Assembly (NCBI GenBank): GCA_044507625.1
Contig: JBIQJE010000009.1
Location: 31,842 to 95,841 of the forward strand
Source: Hyphomicrobiaceae bacterium
GTDB taxonomy: Bacteria > Pseudomonadota > Alphaproteobacteria > Rhizobiales > Hyphomicrobiaceae
DNA: 64,000 nucleotides
Reading direction: 5' to 3'
The position numbers were made by a program, and so were the translations under genes. A model generated the notes under the pieces. It had not been told where the DNA came from and ran no database searches. It worked only from the letters and a program-made list of their open reading frames with translations. Positions within the stretch are counted from its first letter, which is position 1. The number at the start of each line of letters is the position of its first letter. Below, piece after piece: positions 37,068-47,502 of this stretch.

Positions 37068-39260
37068 ATGGCGAGTGCGAGGAACAAGGTGCCGGACAAG
37101 GCAGTCGTAATAAATGAGGAAATCACGCCGCCGCCCCAGGGACCGGACCGCTTCTACAATCGCGAGCTGTCCTGGCTTCAGTTCAACCGCCGTGTGCTCG
37201 AGGAGGCGCAGAACGAGCGCCATCCGCTGCTGGAGCGTCTGCGCTTTCTCTCAATCTCAGCTTCAAATCTCGACGAATTTTATATGGTGCGCGTCGCCGG
37301 CATTTACGGCCAGGTCGCCGCGCGCGTGCAGACGCTTTCGCAGGATGGCCTGACGCCGTCCCAGCAGCTGCGCACCATCAATCGCTTCGCCGCCGGTCTC
37401 GTCGCCGACAAGCAGGCATGCTGGCGCGCGCTGAAAGGGGAGATGGCCGAGGCCGGCATCCAGATTCTGGGGCCCGACGATCTGAAGCCCAGCGACAGGG
37501 GATGGCTGCAGCGCCTCTTCCTGACGCACATGTTCCCGATCCTCACGCCGATTGCGGTGGATCCTGCGCACCCGTTCCCCTTCATTCTCAACAAGGGCCT
37601 CACCGTCGCCGTAGAGATGCAGCGCGAGAGCGACCAGAAGGCGATGAACGGGCTCATCCCCATTCCGGGCCAGCTCGAGCGCTTCATTCGCCTCGGCGCG
37701 CACGATCCCGAGGACAAGGAGCTGCGCTTCATCCGCCTCGAGACGCTGATCGGCCTTTTCATCTCCGAGCTGTTCCCTGGCTTCCTGATTAAAAGTCAGG
37801 GTGCGTTCCGGGTGCTGCGCGATAGCGACATCGAGATCCAGGAAGAGGCCGAGGATCTGGTGCGCTCATTCGAATCGGCTTTGAAGCGCCGCCGCCGCGG
37901 CCACGTGATCCGCCTCGAGCTCGAAGCGTCGATGCCGAACCGGCTGAAGAAGTTCGTCATCGAGGAGCTGGAGGTCGGCGAAGATTCCGTCTTCATAAAG
38001 GACGGACTGCTCGCCCTCGCCGACACCGCGCAGCTCATCGTGCCCGACCGCCCCGATCTGCTGTTCAAGCCCTTCAACAGCCGCTTTCCCGAGCGCATCC
38101 GCGAATTCAACGGCGACTGCTTCGCTGCGATCCGCAAGAAGGATCTCGTCGTCCACCACCCGTACGAATCCTTCGACGTGGTGGTGCAGTTCCTGCGCCA
38201 GGCGGTGGCCGATCCGAACGTCATGGCCATCAAGTGGACGCTCTACCGTACCTCGCGCGACAGCCCCATCGTGCAGGCTCTCAAGGAGGCCGTCGAAGCC
38301 GGCAAGTCCGTGACCGCCGTCGTGGAGCTGAAGGCGCGTTTCGATGAAGCCGCCAACATCCGTTGGGCGCGCGATCTGGAAAACGCGGGCGTGCATGTGG
38401 TCTACGGTTTCATCGAGCTGAAGACGCACGCCAAGCTCGGCATGATCGTGCGCCGCGAAGGCACCGAGCTGACGAGCTACTGCCACATCGGCACAGGCAA
38501 CTATCACCCGCAGACCGCGCGCGTTTACACCGACCTGTCGCTCTTCACCACGGACCCCGCGATTGCGCGCGACGTGACGCGCATCTTGAACTTCGTCACC
38601 GGCTATGGCGAGCCGGCCGAGCTCGAAGCCATGGCCGCGAGCCCGCACGGCATTCGCCATCGCATCGTTGCGCACATCCGCGAGGAGATCGAGCACGCCA
38701 AGGCGGGCCGCCCCGCCGCGATCTGGATGAAGATGAATGCGCTCGTCGACAGCCAGATCATCACCACGCTCTATGAGGCGAGCCAGGCCGGGGTCGAGAT
38801 CGATCTCGTGGTGCGCGGCGTGTGCTGCCTCAAGCCGGGAATTCCGGGGCTTTCGGAGAATATTCGCGTCAAGAGCATCGTGGGGCGCTTTCTCGAACAC
38901 GCGCGCATTTACTGTTTTGGACGCGGTCAGGGGTTGCCATCCCCGAAGGCTGCCGTCTACATCAGCTCCGCCGATATGATGCCGCGTAATCTCGATCGTC
39001 GCGTCGAGGCGATGGTGCCGATCATGAACCCGACCGTGCACGAACAGGTGCTCGATCAGATCATGGTCGCCAACCTCAAGGACAACCAGCAGAGCTGGAG
39101 CATAAAGCCGGACGGTTCCTCGGAGCGCATTCATCCGGCGAAGGGAGAGGAAGCCTTCAACGCCCATCAGTACTTCCTCACCAACCCGTCGCTTTCGGGT
39201 CGAGGACAGGCGCTCAAGGAGAACTTCCCGCCCCGCTTCAGTTTGCTCACCAAAGACTGA
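37068..39260 (+). CDS. ppk1: polyphosphate kinase 1
   Basis: [23 protein letters not shown]...NLDEF..V is the canonical PPK1 sequence. The length also fits. Confidence 0.95.
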   Translation: MASARNKVPDKAVVINEEITPPPQGPDRFYNRELSWLQFNRRVLEEAQNERHPLLERLRFLSISASNLDEFYMVRVAGIYGQVAARVQTLSQDGLTPSQQLRTINRFAAGLVADKQACWRALKGEMAEAGIQILGPDDLKPSDRGWLQRLFLTHMFPILTPIAVDPAHPFPFILNKGLTVAVEMQRESDQKAMNGLIPIPGQLERFIRLGAHDPEDKELRFIRLETLIGLFISELFPGFLIKSQGAFRVLRDSDIEIQEEAEDLVRSFESALKRRRRGHVIRLELEASMPNRLKKFVIEELEVGEDSVFIKDGLLALADTAQLIVPDRPDLLFKPFNSRFPERIREFNGDCFAAIRKKDLVVHHPYESFDVVVQFLRQAVADPNVMAIKWTLYRTSRDSPIVQALKEAVEAGKSVTAVVELKARFDEAANIRWARDLENAGVHVVYGFIELKTHAKLGMIVRREGTELTSYCHIGTGNYHPQTARVYTDLSLFTTDPAIARDVTRILNFVTGYGEPAELEAMAASPHGIRHRIVAHIREEIEHAKAGRPAAIWMKMNALVDSQIITTLYEASQAGVEIDLVVRGVCCLKPGIPGLSENIRVKSIVGRFLEHARIYCFGRGQGLPSPKAAVYISSADMMPRNLDRRVEAMVPIMNPTVHEQVLDQIMVANLKDNQQSWSIKPDGSSERIHPAKGEEAFNAHQYFLTNPSLSGRGQALKENFPPRFSLLTKD

Positions 39261-39281
39261 CGTCAAAACCAGAGGCCGCAC

Positions 39282-40820
39282 TTGACGAGCTTGGAGCGAC
39301 TGTTCGGCGAACATGGCCGAGCTCACGAGCTAGAGCCCATCGGCGTCGTCGATATCGGGTCCAACTCGGTGCGTCTCGTCGTCTACGAGGGCGCCGTGCG
39401 CGCGCCGACACCGCTCTTCAATGAGAAGGTGTTGTGCGGCCTCGGCCGCGACATCGCTTCGACGGGTCATCTGGGCAAGGAAGCCGTCGAGCGCGCGCTC
39501 GCGGCGCTGTCGCGCTTCCGCGCCATCACGCAAGTTCTTGCGGTGAAAAACCTGCATGCCTTTGCAACCGCCGCCGTGCGCGAGGCCGCGGATGGCAACG
39601 AGTTCATCGAACGTGCGGAAAAGGCGCTCGGCATACCCGTCGAGGTGATCTCCGGCGAGCGTGAAGCCCGCTTGGTTGCCCAGGGCATCATGATGGGCTT
39701 CGTCGAGCCCGACGGCGTCGCCGGTGACCTCGGCGGCGGCAGTCTGGAGCTGATCGACGTCGCCCCCGGCGAGCTGAAGCACGCGATAACCCTTCCCGTG
39801 GGCGGTCTTCGCCTCATCGGCGCCACCGGCAACAAGATCGAGAAGGCCCAGCAGCCTGTCGACGAGGCGATCGCACAGGTGCCGTGGCTCCCGGAAGGAG
39901 CCGGACGCCCGTTCTTCGCCGTCGGCGGAACCTGGCGTGCCATCGCGCGGCTGCATATGGAGCAGACGCGATATCCCCTGCGCGTCACGCACGGTTACGC
40001 GATCCCCACCTCCGAGACCATCGCCTTCTGCGAGTTCCTGCGGAAGACCAAGAAACTCACCGGCCTTGCCGGTTTTGAAGAGCTTGCCAAGGCGCGCCGC
40101 GAGGTGCTGCCGTTCGGTGCGCTGGTTCTCGAGCGTCTCCTGAAGGCGCTCAATCCCAGCCGGGTAGTCTTCTCCGTTTTCGGCGTGCGCGAAGGTCTCA
40201 TCTATTCGCTGCTGCCCCCGCACGAACGCAGCAAAGATCCGCTGCTTTCGTTCTGCGCCGAATACGCCGGTGTGCGCTCGCGCTCGGTCGAGCATGCCTG
40301 GGAGCTGTGCAAGTGGACCGATCCGATTTTCGAGCCGCCCGGCCCGAAGGAAACGCCGGAAGAGCGGCGCATGCGCTTTGCCGCCTGCCTCGTGTCCGAT
40401 ATCGGCTGGCGTGAGCACCCCGACTACCGCGGTGAGCAGAGCCTCAACCTGCTTGCCCATGCCGGGCTTGCGGGCATCGACCACGCCGGCCGCGTATTCA
40501 TGGCGCTCGCCATTTTCTATCGTCACGCCGGCGCCAGCCAGGAGCAGACGGCAGAGCTGTCGGAGCGCCTCAAGGGGCTCGTCTCCAAGCGGGCGCTGAA
40601 GCGCGCGCGCATCGTCGCCGCCGCCATCCGCACCGCGCACATGCTGTCGGTCGGCATCCCCGGGGTCATTGAACACACCCCCCTGTCCTATGAGGGCGAC
40701 AAGCTTGTGCTGACGATTCCGAAGGCCTATGCGGGGCTGGACGGCGAACGTCTGCGCCGTCGCTTCGAGGTGCTGGCCCAGCTCGTCGAGAAGCAGCCGG
40801 AAATTCGCCTCGGTCGGTGA
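39282..40820 (+). CDS. ppx: exopolyphosphatase (Ppx/GppA family)
   Basis: VVDIGSNSVRLVVYE..DLGGGSLEL motifs. TTG start 21 nt after the ppk1 stop. Confidence 0.9.
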   Translation: MTSLERLFGEHGRAHELEPIGVVDIGSNSVRLVVYEGAVRAPTPLFNEKVLCGLGRDIASTGHLGKEAVERALAALSRFRAITQVLAVKNLHAFATAAVREAADGNEFIERAEKALGIPVEVISGEREARLVAQGIMMGFVEPDGVAGDLGGGSLELIDVAPGELKHAITLPVGGLRLIGATGNKIEKAQQPVDEAIAQVPWLPEGAGRPFFAVGGTWRAIARLHMEQTRYPLRVTHGYAIPTSETIAFCEFLRKTKKLTGLAGFEELAKARREVLPFGALVLERLLKALNPSRVVFSVFGVREGLIYSLLPPHERSKDPLLSFCAEYAGVRSRSVEHAWELCKWTDPIFEPPGPKETPEERRMRFAACLVSDIGWREHPDYRGEQSLNLLAHAGLAGIDHAGRVFMALAIFYRHAGASQEQTAELSERLKGLVSKRALKRARIVAAAIRTAHMLSVGIPGVIEHTPLSYEGDKLVLTIPKAYAGLDGERLRRRFEVLAQLVEKQPEIRLGR

Positions 40821-40955
40821 GGGGTGTCCCGGGGCTTTCCATGGGCGCGGCGGAATCTCCCGTTCACGAGACACAAAAAGTGTGTGCAAATCCGCCCTCC
40901 GCGGCAGGCAAACGTCCCTCCACAGCTTCGCACGCAGAAGTGGGTAGCCATTGTG

Positions 40956-40978
40956 GGCGGCCCGCGGCCGCCTTATTT
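40956..40978 (+). terminator. putative intrinsic terminator downstream of ppx
   Basis: GGCGGCC-cgc-GGCCGCC (7-bp GC stem) followed by TTATTTCC. Confidence 0.45.
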
Positions 40979-41039
40979 CCTGCTAAACTGAGCCGGGCTG
41001 GCCTGAGGGGGTCGGCGTTGGGGACAGGACGCTAGCGCA

Positions 41040-41942
41040 ATGGCCGAAGATCCGTACGCCGTCCTCGGCGTCACCAAGAACGCCTCCGATGAAGACGTTC
41101 GCCGGGCCTTCCGCAAGCTCGCCAAGGAGCTGCATCCCGATATTTCCAAGGGCACCGAGGAGCGCTTCAAGAAGGTGACCTCGGCCTACGAGATCCTCAG
41201 CGATCCGCAGAAGCGCCGCGCCTTCGACCGCGGCGAGATCGATGGCCGCGGCGAGCCGCGCCACAACGGTTTCCGCCACTATGCCCGCGGTGCCCGTGCC
41301 AACGCGGGGGCGGCGGCAGGGGGCGCCGGTTTCGAGGAGTTCGGCTTCGGCGACATCTTCTCCGACATTTTCGGCGCCTCGACGCGTGCAGGCCCGCGCA
41401 CGAACTTCACCGCCAAGGGCCAGGACGTGCGCTACACGCTCGAGGTCGATTTTCTCGAGGCCGCGGTCGGCGTCACGAAGCGCGTAACCCTGCCCGCCGG
41501 CGGCACCCTCGATCTCAACGTACCGGCCGGCGTTTCAGACGGCCAGGTGCTCCGTCTCAAGGGTAAGGGACAGCGCGGCGCCGGTGGCGCAGAGCCGGGC
41601 GACGCCCTCGTCGAGATCCGCGTCCGCCCCCACCCGTACTTCCGCCGCGAGGACGACGATATTCTGCTTGAAGTGCCGATCACGATCGACGAGGCGGTGC
41701 TGGGCGCGAAGGTGGAAGTGCCGACCGTCACGGGCCGTGTGCAGCTCACGGTGCCGAAGGGCACGAGCTCGGGGCGCGTGTTTCGCCTGAAAGGGAAGGG
41801 CGTCAAGAGCGCGGGGCGCGCGGAGGCGGGCGACCAGCTCGTGACGGTGCGCCTCGTGTTGCCCGAGAAGATTGACGACACGCTCGCCTATTTCTTCTCC
41901 GAGTGGCGCCAGAAGAACAGCTACGATCCCGGACGCAAATGA
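41040..41942 (+). CDS. J-domain protein, CbpA-like (DnaJ N- and C-terminal domains, no Zn finger)
   Basis: DPYAVLGV..ASDEDVRRAFRKLAKELHPD carries the HPD motif. A G/F-rich linker and two DnaJ_C-like beta domains follow. Confidence 0.85.
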   Translation: MAEDPYAVLGVTKNASDEDVRRAFRKLAKELHPDISKGTEERFKKVTSAYEILSDPQKRRAFDRGEIDGRGEPRHNGFRHYARGARANAGAAAGGAGFEEFGFGDIFSDIFGASTRAGPRTNFTAKGQDVRYTLEVDFLEAAVGVTKRVTLPAGGTLDLNVPAGVSDGQVLRLKGKGQRGAGGAEPGDALVEIRVRPHPYFRREDDDILLEVPITIDEAVLGAKVEVPTVTGRVQLTVPKGTSSGRVFRLKGKGVKSAGRAEAGDQLVTVRLVLPEKIDDTLAYFFSEWRQKNSYDPGRK

Positions 41943-42085
41943 CTTGGCGCTAAGCTGCGTTCCGCTCGCCTGGCCGGATGCGATGCTGAGCTTTGGCCCG
42001 CCCGGTGCGCACGGGCACCGGCAATAGGCCTGTCTCCAAACCCGGGCCGCGTGTCCGGGGCGCGATAGTCCGCTGCAAACGTCGC

Positions 42086-43261
42086 TTACTGCGCGGCTTC
42101 GCGGCTCGGCTTCACCGTCGCGATCGGCACCACCTCGCTGCCCGAGAGCGTCAGCGCGATCTCGCCACGCTTGAGGCGCAGGGCGTCTTCGCCGAAGAGG
42201 CGCCGCCGCCAGCCCTTCAGTGCAGGGATATCGGGCTCGGCCTCGGTGGCGATGCGTTCCAGATCTTCCGACCCGGCAATCAATTTCGGCGCCACGCGAT
42301 GGCGCGCGGCCGAGGCCTTCAGCAGCACGCGCAGCAGCTCGATGAGCGCGCTGTTCTCCGCTGAAAGCTGCGCGCCCCTTGCGATGGGCGGCACGCTTTT
42401 GACATCGCGTGCCAGGCCAAGCTTCACCGCCTCGATGATGTCCCGTGCGCGCGCCGAGCGGGAGAATCCTTCGCTGAGCGTGCGCAGCTGGCTGAGCTGC
42501 TCCGTCGACGTCGGAGCCTGATTGGCGATGTCGTACAGCGCCTCATCGCGCAGCACCCGCGAACGCGGCACGTCCTGAGACTGCGCCATGCGCTCGCGCC
42601 AGGCCGCGAGCTCCATCAGCACCGCCAGCGCCTTGCGGTTCTTCACGCGCAGTTTCAGCCGCTGCCAGGCTTCTTCGGGATGCGATGCGTAGGTCTTCGG
42701 ATCCGTGAGGACGGCCATCTCTTCGCTGAGCCATTCGGAACGCCCGGCCTTGTCGATATCGGCCTTGAGATGGAGATAGACGTCGCGCAGATGCGTTACG
42801 TCACCGAGCGCGTACTCGAGCTGCCTTTCCGAGAGCGGGCGCCGGCTCCAGTCGGTGAAGCGCGACGACTTGTCGATGTCGACGCCGGTCACGTTCTTCA
42901 CGAGGTTGACGTACGAGACGCTCTCACCGAAGCCGCACACCATGGCCGCGACCTGCGTATCGAAGACCGGGCGCGGAACGAGGCCCGCGCGCGCATAGAC
43001 GATCTCGATATCCTGGCGGGCGGCGTGGAAGACCTTGGTGACCCGGTCGTTGCCCATCAGCTCCCAGAACGGAGCAAGGTCGATACCCGCCGCCATGGGG
43101 TCGATGATCATCGCTTCCTCGGGGGAAGCGATCTGGATGAGGCACAGTTGCGGCCAGAACGTCGATTCGCGCAGGAATTCGGTATCGACCGTAACGAAAT
43201 CGCTGGCCGAAAGACGCCCTATGGCTTGGGTGAGATCTTGAGAGGAGGTGACGATACGCAT
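42086..43261 (-). CDS. rnd: ribonuclease D
   Basis: VTVDTEF.RE.TFWPQLCLIQ is the DEDD exonuclease motif. The YA..DV..L and HRDC regions are also present. ATG 43261 gives 391 aa. Confidence 0.92.
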   Translation of the reverse strand: MRIVTSSQDLTQAIGRLSASDFVTVDTEFLRESTFWPQLCLIQIASPEEAMIIDPMAAGIDLAPFWELMGNDRVTKVFHAARQDIEIVYARAGLVPRPVFDTQVAAMVCGFGESVSYVNLVKNVTGVDIDKSSRFTDWSRRPLSERQLEYALGDVTHLRDVYLHLKADIDKAGRSEWLSEEMAVLTDPKTYASHPEEAWQRLKLRVKNRKALAVLMELAAWRERMAQSQDVPRSRVLRDEALYDIANQAPTSTEQLSQLRTLSEGFSRSARARDIIEAVKLGLARDVKSVPPIARGAQLSAENSALIELLRVLLKASAARHRVAPKLIAGSEDLERIATEAEPDIPALKGWRRRLFGEDALRLKRGEIALTLSGSEVVPIATVKPSREAAQ

Positions 43262-43760
43262 GTGGGGCCGATATAGCGCATAGAATGGAATTTGTCGCGG
43301 GGGTGACGCCCGGAAAATAGGGCCGAGGCGCGTTCCTATGGCCGCACCTGGAGCAGATTCCGGGGCGAGAAGGGCCGCGAACGTTATCCCGCGGCGCACA
43401 CTCGGCGAACGAGGCGATCCCATCGAGGCAATCGCGCCGGCGATCGCCACTGGCACTCTCAGCCTGCCCCTACAATTCGGCGCCGCCGCACCGGACACTC
43501 TTTGCGCGGGATCTGTTTTCAGAGCGGTCGCCATCGAAACGCACCGCGCGTGTGAAGAGACGCCGACAACGCGCTGCTTTCAAATTTAGAAATGGCCTCG
43601 CCGCGCAAGGCGCGAAAATCCCCGCATTCGTCCTGTTTTGACGCGCTCCTTGTTATGAGCTTAGCCATTTAGAGCACTGAATTTTAAGCAAAATAGCTTC
43701 AATTTATATGGGTCTTTTCAGCGCGCCTTAGCCAGCCCCGTTCAGCCCGAGGACCCCGTC

Positions 43761-45587
43761 ATGCGTATGCTGCGTCCGTTTTTGCCGTTACTCCTGGCGC
43801 CCTTAGCCATACCGGCAATGGCGTCCGACATCTCCAACTGCGCCACCGCCGCCGATAGTGTTCGCTGCCTCATCGACGAGGCGGAGTTCACGTTGGCGCG
43901 CAACGCCGAGATCGACGCTTCGATGGCTCGCGTTGCCGCTCAGCGCGCCAGCGCGCTGGCGCTCAGTGTCACCCACTGCAAAGCCGATTTTTCCAGCACG
44001 CCTCGCTGCCTCGCCGAGCGCGACAACGTGCTGGCCGCACGTCAGAACGCGCTCGCCGATGCATCGATGGCCCGCGTGGTGAAGCTCCGCACCGCGGCCG
44101 CTGCGGCCCGCAAGGTCGCGCAAGCCACGGAGCGCCGCCAGTTCGAAACGGCGCAAAACAAGTACATCGACGCTTCCATGGCCGCCGCCGAAGCTGAGCG
44201 TGCGCGCCGCTTCGTGGCCCATCAGAACGCCCTTGCCCGCGCCTCGATGGACCGGGTCGAGGCCGAGCGCCGGCATCAGATCGCGATCCTCAACGCGCCC
44301 TGCGGATTAGATGACACGCGCAGCAAGTGCATCGCCGAGCGTGAGCGTCACGCGGCCACCTATCAGAACCGGCTTGCAGCCGAATCCATGCAGCGCGTGA
44401 AGGCCGAGCGTGAGCGCGCGTTCGCCGCCGCGCGCAACGCCGAGGCCGCCCGCTCCATGGCGCTCGTCGAGCGCGTCCGTGCCAGCGAGTGGGCCGCGAC
44501 GACCTCACACTGCGCACGGATTGGCGAGAGCCCCCGCTGCTCGGCAGAGCGCGTCCGCGAGCTTGCCCTCGCCGTCACGCACTGCAAAACGGGCAACGAC
44601 ACGAGCCCGCGCTGCGTTGCCGAGCGTGAGCGCGCCTTCGCCGCCGAGCGTAACGCCGAGATCGAGCGTTCGATGGCGGCGGTCGCCCATACCCGTGCCA
44701 TGCAGTATGCCGCCGCGACGTCCCATTGCGCCAAGAGCGATTCCAATCCCCGCTGCGAAGCCGAGCGCGCCCGTCAGGTCGCTGCCGTTGTTCACGAGTG
44801 CCGCACCGCCGGCTACTCGAGCTCGGGCTGCAACTTCGACAAGCTCGACCGCAGCGAAGTCGCCATCGCGACGACCCACTGCAAGGGCACCAGCGTAACC
44901 CCGCGCTGTGCCGCAGAGCTCGAGCACGAATTCGCCATGGCGCGCAACGCCGAAGTAACCCGCTCCATGGCCGCCGTGGCCCGCGAGCGTGCGGCCCAGG
45001 CCATCGCCCACGGCGCGTATACGGCTCCGGGCGCCGAGCACAACATGCCGCTCGAGACCGGCGCTATCGCCATCCCGGCAATGCCGAAGACGGCCCCGGC
45101 GGCGATGGACGGCGGCCTGCGCCGCGACATCTCCACCGAGCCGTGCCGCGTGACGGGCAAGCCGTTTGGCCCGCTCTACTTCGCCAACAGCGTCGAGGTC
45201 GACGCCGAGATGCAGCCCGAGCTGGATCGCCTCTCGATCCTTGCCCAGTCCTGCCCCGGCATGCGCATCGAGGTGCATGGCTTCTCCGACCGCACCGGCT
45301 CGAGCTTCACCAACCGTGCGATGGCCCAGGCGCGCGCCCAGGCGATTGCCGACTACCTCATCGCCACGGGCCTCGCGCCCAACCGCGTCGCAGCCATCGG
45401 ACGCGGCTCCGCGGGCGCAGCGCTGCCCTACTCCAAGGGCATCGTTCATGCCGACGATCGCCGCGTCGAGTTCGTCATCAAGGACCCTGCCATGGACGCC
45501 ATCGCCCGCCGCGTGATGTGGGAGCTGGCCGACCTCCTGGACCCCACCTACATTCCCTCGGTCGCCGGCCTGAGCCTCAGCCCCTGA
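43761..45587 (+). CDS. secreted OmpA-family protein with an N-terminal Cys-pair repeat region
   Basis: Signal peptide (..LAIPAMA). There are 8 copies of C-x8/9-C and 8 copies of (Q/R)N-x5-SM. The C-terminal OmpA_C-like domain reads IEVHGFSDRTGS...N..LAQARAQAIADYL..GL...R....G.G. Confidence 0.85.
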   Translation: MRMLRPFLPLLLAPLAIPAMASDISNCATAADSVRCLIDEAEFTLARNAEIDASMARVAAQRASALALSVTHCKADFSSTPRCLAERDNVLAARQNALADASMARVVKLRTAAAAARKVAQATERRQFETAQNKYIDASMAAAEAERARRFVAHQNALARASMDRVEAERRHQIAILNAPCGLDDTRSKCIAERERHAATYQNRLAAESMQRVKAERERAFAAARNAEAARSMALVERVRASEWAATTSHCARIGESPRCSAERVRELALAVTHCKTGNDTSPRCVAERERAFAAERNAEIERSMAAVAHTRAMQYAAATSHCAKSDSNPRCEAERARQVAAVVHECRTAGYSSSGCNFDKLDRSEVAIATTHCKGTSVTPRCAAELEHEFAMARNAEVTRSMAAVARERAAQAIAHGAYTAPGAEHNMPLETGAIAIPAMPKTAPAAMDGGLRRDISTEPCRVTGKPFGPLYFANSVEVDAEMQPELDRLSILAQSCPGMRIEVHGFSDRTGSSFTNRAMAQARAQAIADYLIATGLAPNRVAAIGRGSAGAALPYSKGIVHADDRRVEFVIKDPAMDAIARRVMWELADLLDPTYIPSVAGLSLSP

Positions 45588-45646
45588 CGGGCTGGAGGGC
45601 GCGGCATCCCAGGGTCGCGATCACCGGCCATTTCCCGAGCGCTGCA

Positions 45647-45680
45647 AAGGGCTTCCGTTCCGCGGGAGCCCTTTTCGCGT
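45647..45680 (+). terminator. putative intrinsic terminator after the OmpA-family gene
   Basis: AAGGGCT-13 nt-AGCCCTT followed by TTCGCGTTTCG. Confidence 0.5.
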
Positions 45681-45837
45681 TTCGCAATGCCCGTTTTATG
45701 GGCTGCGGCAAAGCGGGCGGGCCCGCAACGGCCCCCACGTTGTTGAAAATGCCTAGATCGCATGGACAACTACCTTTTCGGCGGCCACACCATCACCCGT
45801 GGCCGGACAGGATGAGCAACTCGGGGCGGGCGGGCGG

Positions 45838-46863
45838 ATGCACGCTGGTGAGATCGTGCTGGAAGCGCACGGCGTATCGCCGGAGCGCGATCACCAGCCT
45901 TGGCTGCAGCCGCAGCGCGACCGCGCCTTCTGGATGGGCCTCGCCGCGGCCTTCCTCGTGCATGTCGCATTGGTCGTCGGCATCAGTAGCGCCCGCCAGC
46001 GCACGGTCGGCGCACCTGACGGCGCGGCCGATGCCATCGCGGTCGAGATCGTCGACGGTGCGACGCTGAAGGACAGCATGGCGCCGCCGACACCGCCCGC
46101 CGCGCCGCCCGGCATAGAGCAGCCGGCGCCGGCACTGCGCGGCACGCAGCCGGATCAGCCTCCCCCGCAGCCGCAGGCCGACGTCCAGCCTCCGCAGGAG
46201 CCACAGGCGGAGCCCGAACCCCCGCCGCCGGAGGTCGCCGAGGCCGCGCCGCCCCCGCCGCCTCAGCCGGAGCCGCAGGAAACGCCGAAGTCTTCCACCC
46301 AGGCGCTGCCCGAGCTTGCCGACGTGGCGAAGGAGGAAGCACCTCAGCCGCCCGAGCCCGCGAAGACCGAGGAGCCCCCGGCAAAGCCGCCGGAAGCCAA
46401 AGAGACCGAGGCCCAGAAAGCCGAGCCGAAGAAGCCCGAGGCGAAGAAAGCGCCGCCCGAGCAAAAGCAGGCGAAGCAGCCGAAGCGCCACACCCGAACC
46501 TCGGCGCTCGATCTCAGCATGCCCTACGACGGCGGATCAAGCGCGTCGAACGCCGGCAGCACGTCCGCCGTGCAGCGGCCGCCCGGCATTACGAAGTCGG
46601 GTGAGAACGATGAGTTCGCGCGCAACGTCATCCGTGCGCTCCAGCGCACGATGCCGGCCGAGCGCGCCATTGGCCGCGTGACGGTGCGCATCGTGCTGTC
46701 GGAGAACGGCGCGCGCGCGGACGTGAAGCTGCTGAAGAGCGGCGGCAACCCCGATCTCGATTTCAACGTCATGTTCGCCGCGCGCCAGACCGCCTATCCC
46801 TTCCCGCCCAAGAACGCGACGGTGCTCGATCGCACCTTCACGGTGACGTACATCTACCGCTGA
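45838..46863 (+). CDS. TonB-family protein
   Basis: N-terminal TM helix (WMGLAAAFLVHVALVVGI), a long Pro/Glu/Lys-rich spacer and a C-terminal TonB-like domain (..G.V.V...L...G......L..S.G...D). The maximal ORF starts at GTG 45799. Confidence 0.7.
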   Translation: MHAGEIVLEAHGVSPERDHQPWLQPQRDRAFWMGLAAAFLVHVALVVGISSARQRTVGAPDGAADAIAVEIVDGATLKDSMAPPTPPAAPPGIEQPAPALRGTQPDQPPPQPQADVQPPQEPQAEPEPPPPEVAEAAPPPPPQPEPQETPKSSTQALPELADVAKEEAPQPPEPAKTEEPPAKPPEAKETEAQKAEPKKPEAKKAPPEQKQAKQPKRHTRTSALDLSMPYDGGSSASNAGSTSAVQRPPGITKSGENDEFARNVIRALQRTMPAERAIGRVTVRIVLSENGARADVKLLKSGGNPDLDFNVMFAARQTAYPFPPKNATVLDRTFTVTYIYR

Positions 46864-47000
46864 GCCGACATCGCCATCGTCCGCTCTGGATGCTTGCGCG
46901 CGGTGAGGCGACTGTCTCGACTTCGCGCGTCCCGTGGTTATGGTCGCGCATCGCGCATCGCGCAACGGAAACAATCATCCCAGCGACAGCGGATCATTCC

Positions 47001-47384
47001 ATGGATTTCAGCCTGCCCACTATTCTCATTGCCCTTGGACAACTGCTGATCGGCGGCCTCTATGTCTTTGCGGGCCTCAGCCACTTCGGACCCGTCTCGG
47101 AGAAGATCATTCCGGTGCTCGCAGCACGCGGCATTCCCCAGCCGCGCCTGGCGCTTTACACCGCGAGCGCTCTCGAAGTTCTGGCTGGCGCCTGTCTCAT
47201 GATGGGCGTCGCCGTCGTGCCGGCCGCGCTTGGGCTCGCGCTGTTCACCGTGCTCGCCTCCTACGTCATGGCCAATTTCTGGGACATGCCCGCCGGCGAA
47301 ACGCGGGAAGCGCTTCACAATGTGTGCATTTCCAATCTCGCGATCGTGGGTGGCCTTTTGCTCGCCGCCGCACAAGCACTGTAA
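47001..47384 (+). CDS. DoxX family membrane protein
   Basis: 127 aa with 4 TM helices and a DoxX-like pattern (LLIGGLYVFAGLSHF..). Confidence 0.75.
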   Translation: MDFSLPTILIALGQLLIGGLYVFAGLSHFGPVSEKIIPVLAARGIPQPRLALYTASALEVLAGACLMMGVAVVPAALGLALFTVLASYVMANFWDMPAGETREALHNVCISNLAIVGGLLLAAAQAL

Positions 47385-47444
47385 CGGCGCGGGAATAGCC
47401 CTCGCGCCCGTGTGATCTCAGCGCGCTGATGTGATCTCAGTGTA

Positions 47445-47469
47445 CGAACCTTGTCGTTCCCGCCGCGTT
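47445..47469 (+). promoter_or_regulatory. possible EcfG-type (general stress) promoter, imperfect
   Basis: cGAAC-N16-CGTT ends 34 nt upstream of ATG 47503. This is the same geometry as the csbD promoter, but the -35 is CGAAC rather than GGAAC. Confidence 0.3.
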
Positions 47470-47502
47470 TAGCTGCATGCGAGAGAAACAAGGAGAAAAA
47501 GT

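Noticed and set aside
37866-40889. 486-aa and 519-aa minus ORFs antisense to ppk1 and ppx
   Set aside because: These are shadow ORFs. The ppk1 and ppx motifs are on the plus strand.
43262-43534. N-terminal 91-codon extension of the RNase D ORF
   Set aside because: MRIVTSSQDL at ATG 43261 gives the normal 391-aa RNase D. The extension is Ala/Pro/Arg-rich.
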